Assembly (NCBI GenBank): GCA_032718475.1
Contig: JAUCBJ010007098.1
Coordinates: forward strand, 21,633 to 85,632
Length of the DNA: 64,000 bases
Origin: Nemertoderma westbladi
Taxonomy: Eukaryota; Animalia; Xenacoelomorpha
Reading direction: 5' to 3'
Part shown: piece after piece, positions 61,601 to 64,000 of the stretch
Numbering within the stretch: the first letter of the stretch is position 1
Layout: every line of letters starts with the position of its first letter
Notes under the pieces: generated by a model
The model's database searches: none
What the model was told of the DNA's origin: nothing
Seen by the model: only the letters and a program-made list of their open reading frames with translations
Position numbers and translations under genes: made by a program

Positions 61601-64000
61601 CCTTTCCACGGGCGGTTTCAACCTTACCAAGTTCCGCTCCAACTCACCCAAGTTCATGTATGCGATGGACAAGGAAGAGGGAAAGGTATCAGACCCGAGC
61701 GCCGACGATGACAATGGCGACCTCCTGGGGGGAGATATGGGGCAGCCGGCCTCATACATCCCACCAGACTGTGCCAACCCGGAGACCACCTCGGCACTGG
61801 TAACATCAGACCCGAGTAAGCCAGACTCTCGGGTACTGGGCATCTCCTGGGAGAAAGCCTCAGACGTACTAGAATACAAGTTTAAGGCTCCTCTTCAGGT
61901 GGTACATACGAGGAGGGCCTACTTGTCTTTCATTTCACGGATATATGACCCACTGGGCCTTGTGGCACCAAACATACTTGTAGGAAAACAGATTCTGAGG
62001 GAGGTGACTTTAGACAATGGAGCGTGGGATGCTCCGGTGTCTGCCAGGATGGCCGACAGGTGGAACGCCTGGTTAATGAGCCTGGAACAAATATCCCGTC
62101 TCATTATCCCACGGCCTTACTTTCCAAACGGGGACATGGCAGCTGTAGAGCTACATGTGTTCGCGGACGCCTCCAGCGTGGGGTATGGGGCAGTTGCCTA
62201 CTTGCACCAGCAGTCAGCCAAATACCGCCCACGTCTGGTCTATAGCAAAGCAAGGGTAGCACCCAAAGCACAGGCCACCATACCGCGCCTAGAACTAATG
62301 GCGTCGGTACTGGCCGTGCAGATGGCCCAGGTCATTATAAGGGCCCTGGGGTGCATCGTACTAGTGAGATATTGGATTGATGCCACCACTGTGGTGCTAT
62401 ACATCAGCCACCCGAGTAGGCGATTCAAAGTATTCGTCGCCAACCGGGTGGACTATATCCGCACCCTAACAGAGGTTAGTGATTGGGGCTACTGCCCCAC
62501 TGACCAGAACCCAGCTGACCTTGTATCGAGGGGGAGCCTAGAGGTCCCCTTCGAACAGAAAGAGGACCTGTGGCAACACGGGCCGACTTTCCTACCCAAC
62601 AGGAAGGACTGGCCTTTGTTCCCAGAGGCCAATGCGTCGGAGCTTCTGAAAGCGGACCCGGAGGTCCGGGTGTGCTCCATGGTGACCACACCGGCGGTCA
62701 GAGACCCCCGGATTGACAGGATCATAGACAAGTCCTCAACGTGGAGGAGGACGATCAACAGGGTGGCTTGGTTCATAGCCTTAGCTAAGTACCGAATAAC
62801 CAAGACCATACCCATCAGGTTGCCTATACAGGAGGCAGAGAGGATGGTAGTGACCTACGTACAGGCCCGAGCTTACCCTGAGGAGTGGAGGAGGCTCAGG
62901 GAGGGTAAGCCTGTACAGAAGAGCAGTCCGCTACGAAAGTTAGCACCCCAGTTGGAGGGTGGTATCATGGTAGCATCCGTGGCCCGGTTGGCAAACGCCA
63001 AGGATTTCATAGTGGCAAGCCAGCCCATGATATTACCTGCGGGCTCCACGGCCCTGAACCAAGTGGTGTGGCAGACACACTGTGACATCGCGCATGGGGG
63101 TAAGGATGCGACGATAGTGGCGGTGCGTAAACGCTTCACCGCTACTGGACTCAGGCAAACCGTGAGGAAGATCCTCAGCGGTTGCATTAAATGTAAGAAG
63201 ATATGGCATAGACGGCTAGAACAGCTGATGGCGCCGCTACCGAAAGATAGGGTAACGGCGGGACTCGTACCGTTCCACCACACAGGGGTGGATATGTTCG
63301 GCCCCATCGATTTATACGTTCGATGGACTCGACGAGTACTCAAGACCATGCGAAAGGGGTATGGAATAATATTCGTCTGCTATGCCACGCGGGCTATAGC
63401 ACTCGAACTAGTACCAGATGCTTCAGCAGCGGCGTTTCTCAACGCATTGCGGCGCTTTATCGCGCGCCGAGGTGAACCGAAGAAGATCTCCTCGGACAAC
63501 GGAACCAACTTCGTCGGTGCTGAACACGAACTAGAAGGAGCACAACAGGCCTTCGTCAAGGGGACGGTGGAGAAGACCCAAGAACTGGGAATCGAGTGGT
63601 CGTTTCACACACCCTATGCCCCTCATATGTCCGGTGTTTGGGAGGCTATGGTGGGCGTGGTGAAACGCCACATTCAGGCCGTTACACACGGACACGTAGT
63701 GACAGAAGACGCGATGAGAACCATCTTCGCCGAGGTCGAAACCATTGTTAACGGACGACCCCTGGTGGCTACCACCGATGACCCGAAGTCACTGGAGGCC
63801 CTCACGCCAAACCACTTGTTGGGTGTAGGCCCAGTAACTGTCCGAGACCCGTTGGGAGAGATCGGCGAGGGAGACTTACGCAACCCATATATCGTCGCTC
63901 AGCGGTGTAAGAACGAGTATTGGAACCGCTGGGTACGAGAGTACCTACCCACGTTAAGACAGAGGAGAAAGTGGAACAAAGAGTACCGCGATCTACAGTT
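58614..64000 (+). CDS. BEL/Pao Gag-Pol polyprotein; absent from the ORF track, apparently because it stays open to the window edge
   Basis: Spot-checked motifs share one frame: Gag core (LPKSLAFKFDGKHPEEY...RLTYLATYLAG...AWKAIEDRYG), Cys/His knuckles (CQFH...H...C; CWTC...GH...C), protease LDGGS (60213), RT (LRLVNDAA, DVEAMFHQ, FYVDD 61527), RNase H (HVFADAS, TIPRLEL, NPADLVSRG), integrase (H..H..CIKC, GVDMFGP, SDNGTNF 63492, GVWE), and WNRWVREYL. Confidence 0.92.

Larger units (their letters stand above)
54949..64000 (+). mobile_element. BEL/Pao LTR retrotransposon, truncated by the window edge; 5' boundary tentative
   Basis: Gag-PR-RT-RNaseH-IN order with BEL-type motifs. The upstream ~1.1 kb begins TGTAAT and has AATAAA at 55928, consistent with an LTR, but the 3' LTR is outside the window so the limits are unverified. 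Confidence 0.9.

Noticed and set aside
58688-63883. Listed short ORFs over the pol region
   Set aside because: Off-frame or antisense to the continuous Gag-Pol frame starting at 58614

Overview
Eukaryotic (metazoan, invertebrate-like) genomic DNA with no prokaryotic features. There are two clearly recognisable host genes, both with uninterrupted coding sequences: a 3204-aa BAZ2B/toutatis chromatin reader (+) and CstF-50/CSTF1 (-), arranged tail-to-tail. An unidentified 378-aa ORF (-) is also present. The rest of the window is repeats: a 28-bp satellite (1-6500), a 43-bp satellite (~8.9 kb), 26-bp and ~159-bp minisatellites, (TTCCA)n, four MITE-like families, a 5'-truncated LINE, and a nearly intact BEL/Pao LTR retrotransposon that runs off the right edge. 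The most striking observation is that the 43-bp satellite is continuous with the CSTF1 coding end. Its first copy encodes the last 11 residues and the stop codon of CstF-50, and ~200 further copies follow with higher-order structure. The array has no canonical poly(A) signal on the sense strand, and each unit carries an ACUAAC+UAAU motif. Splice signals are seen only upstream of the start codons, which suggests loss of coding introns with retention of 5'-UTR introns. All calls are from manual reading; no searches were run.
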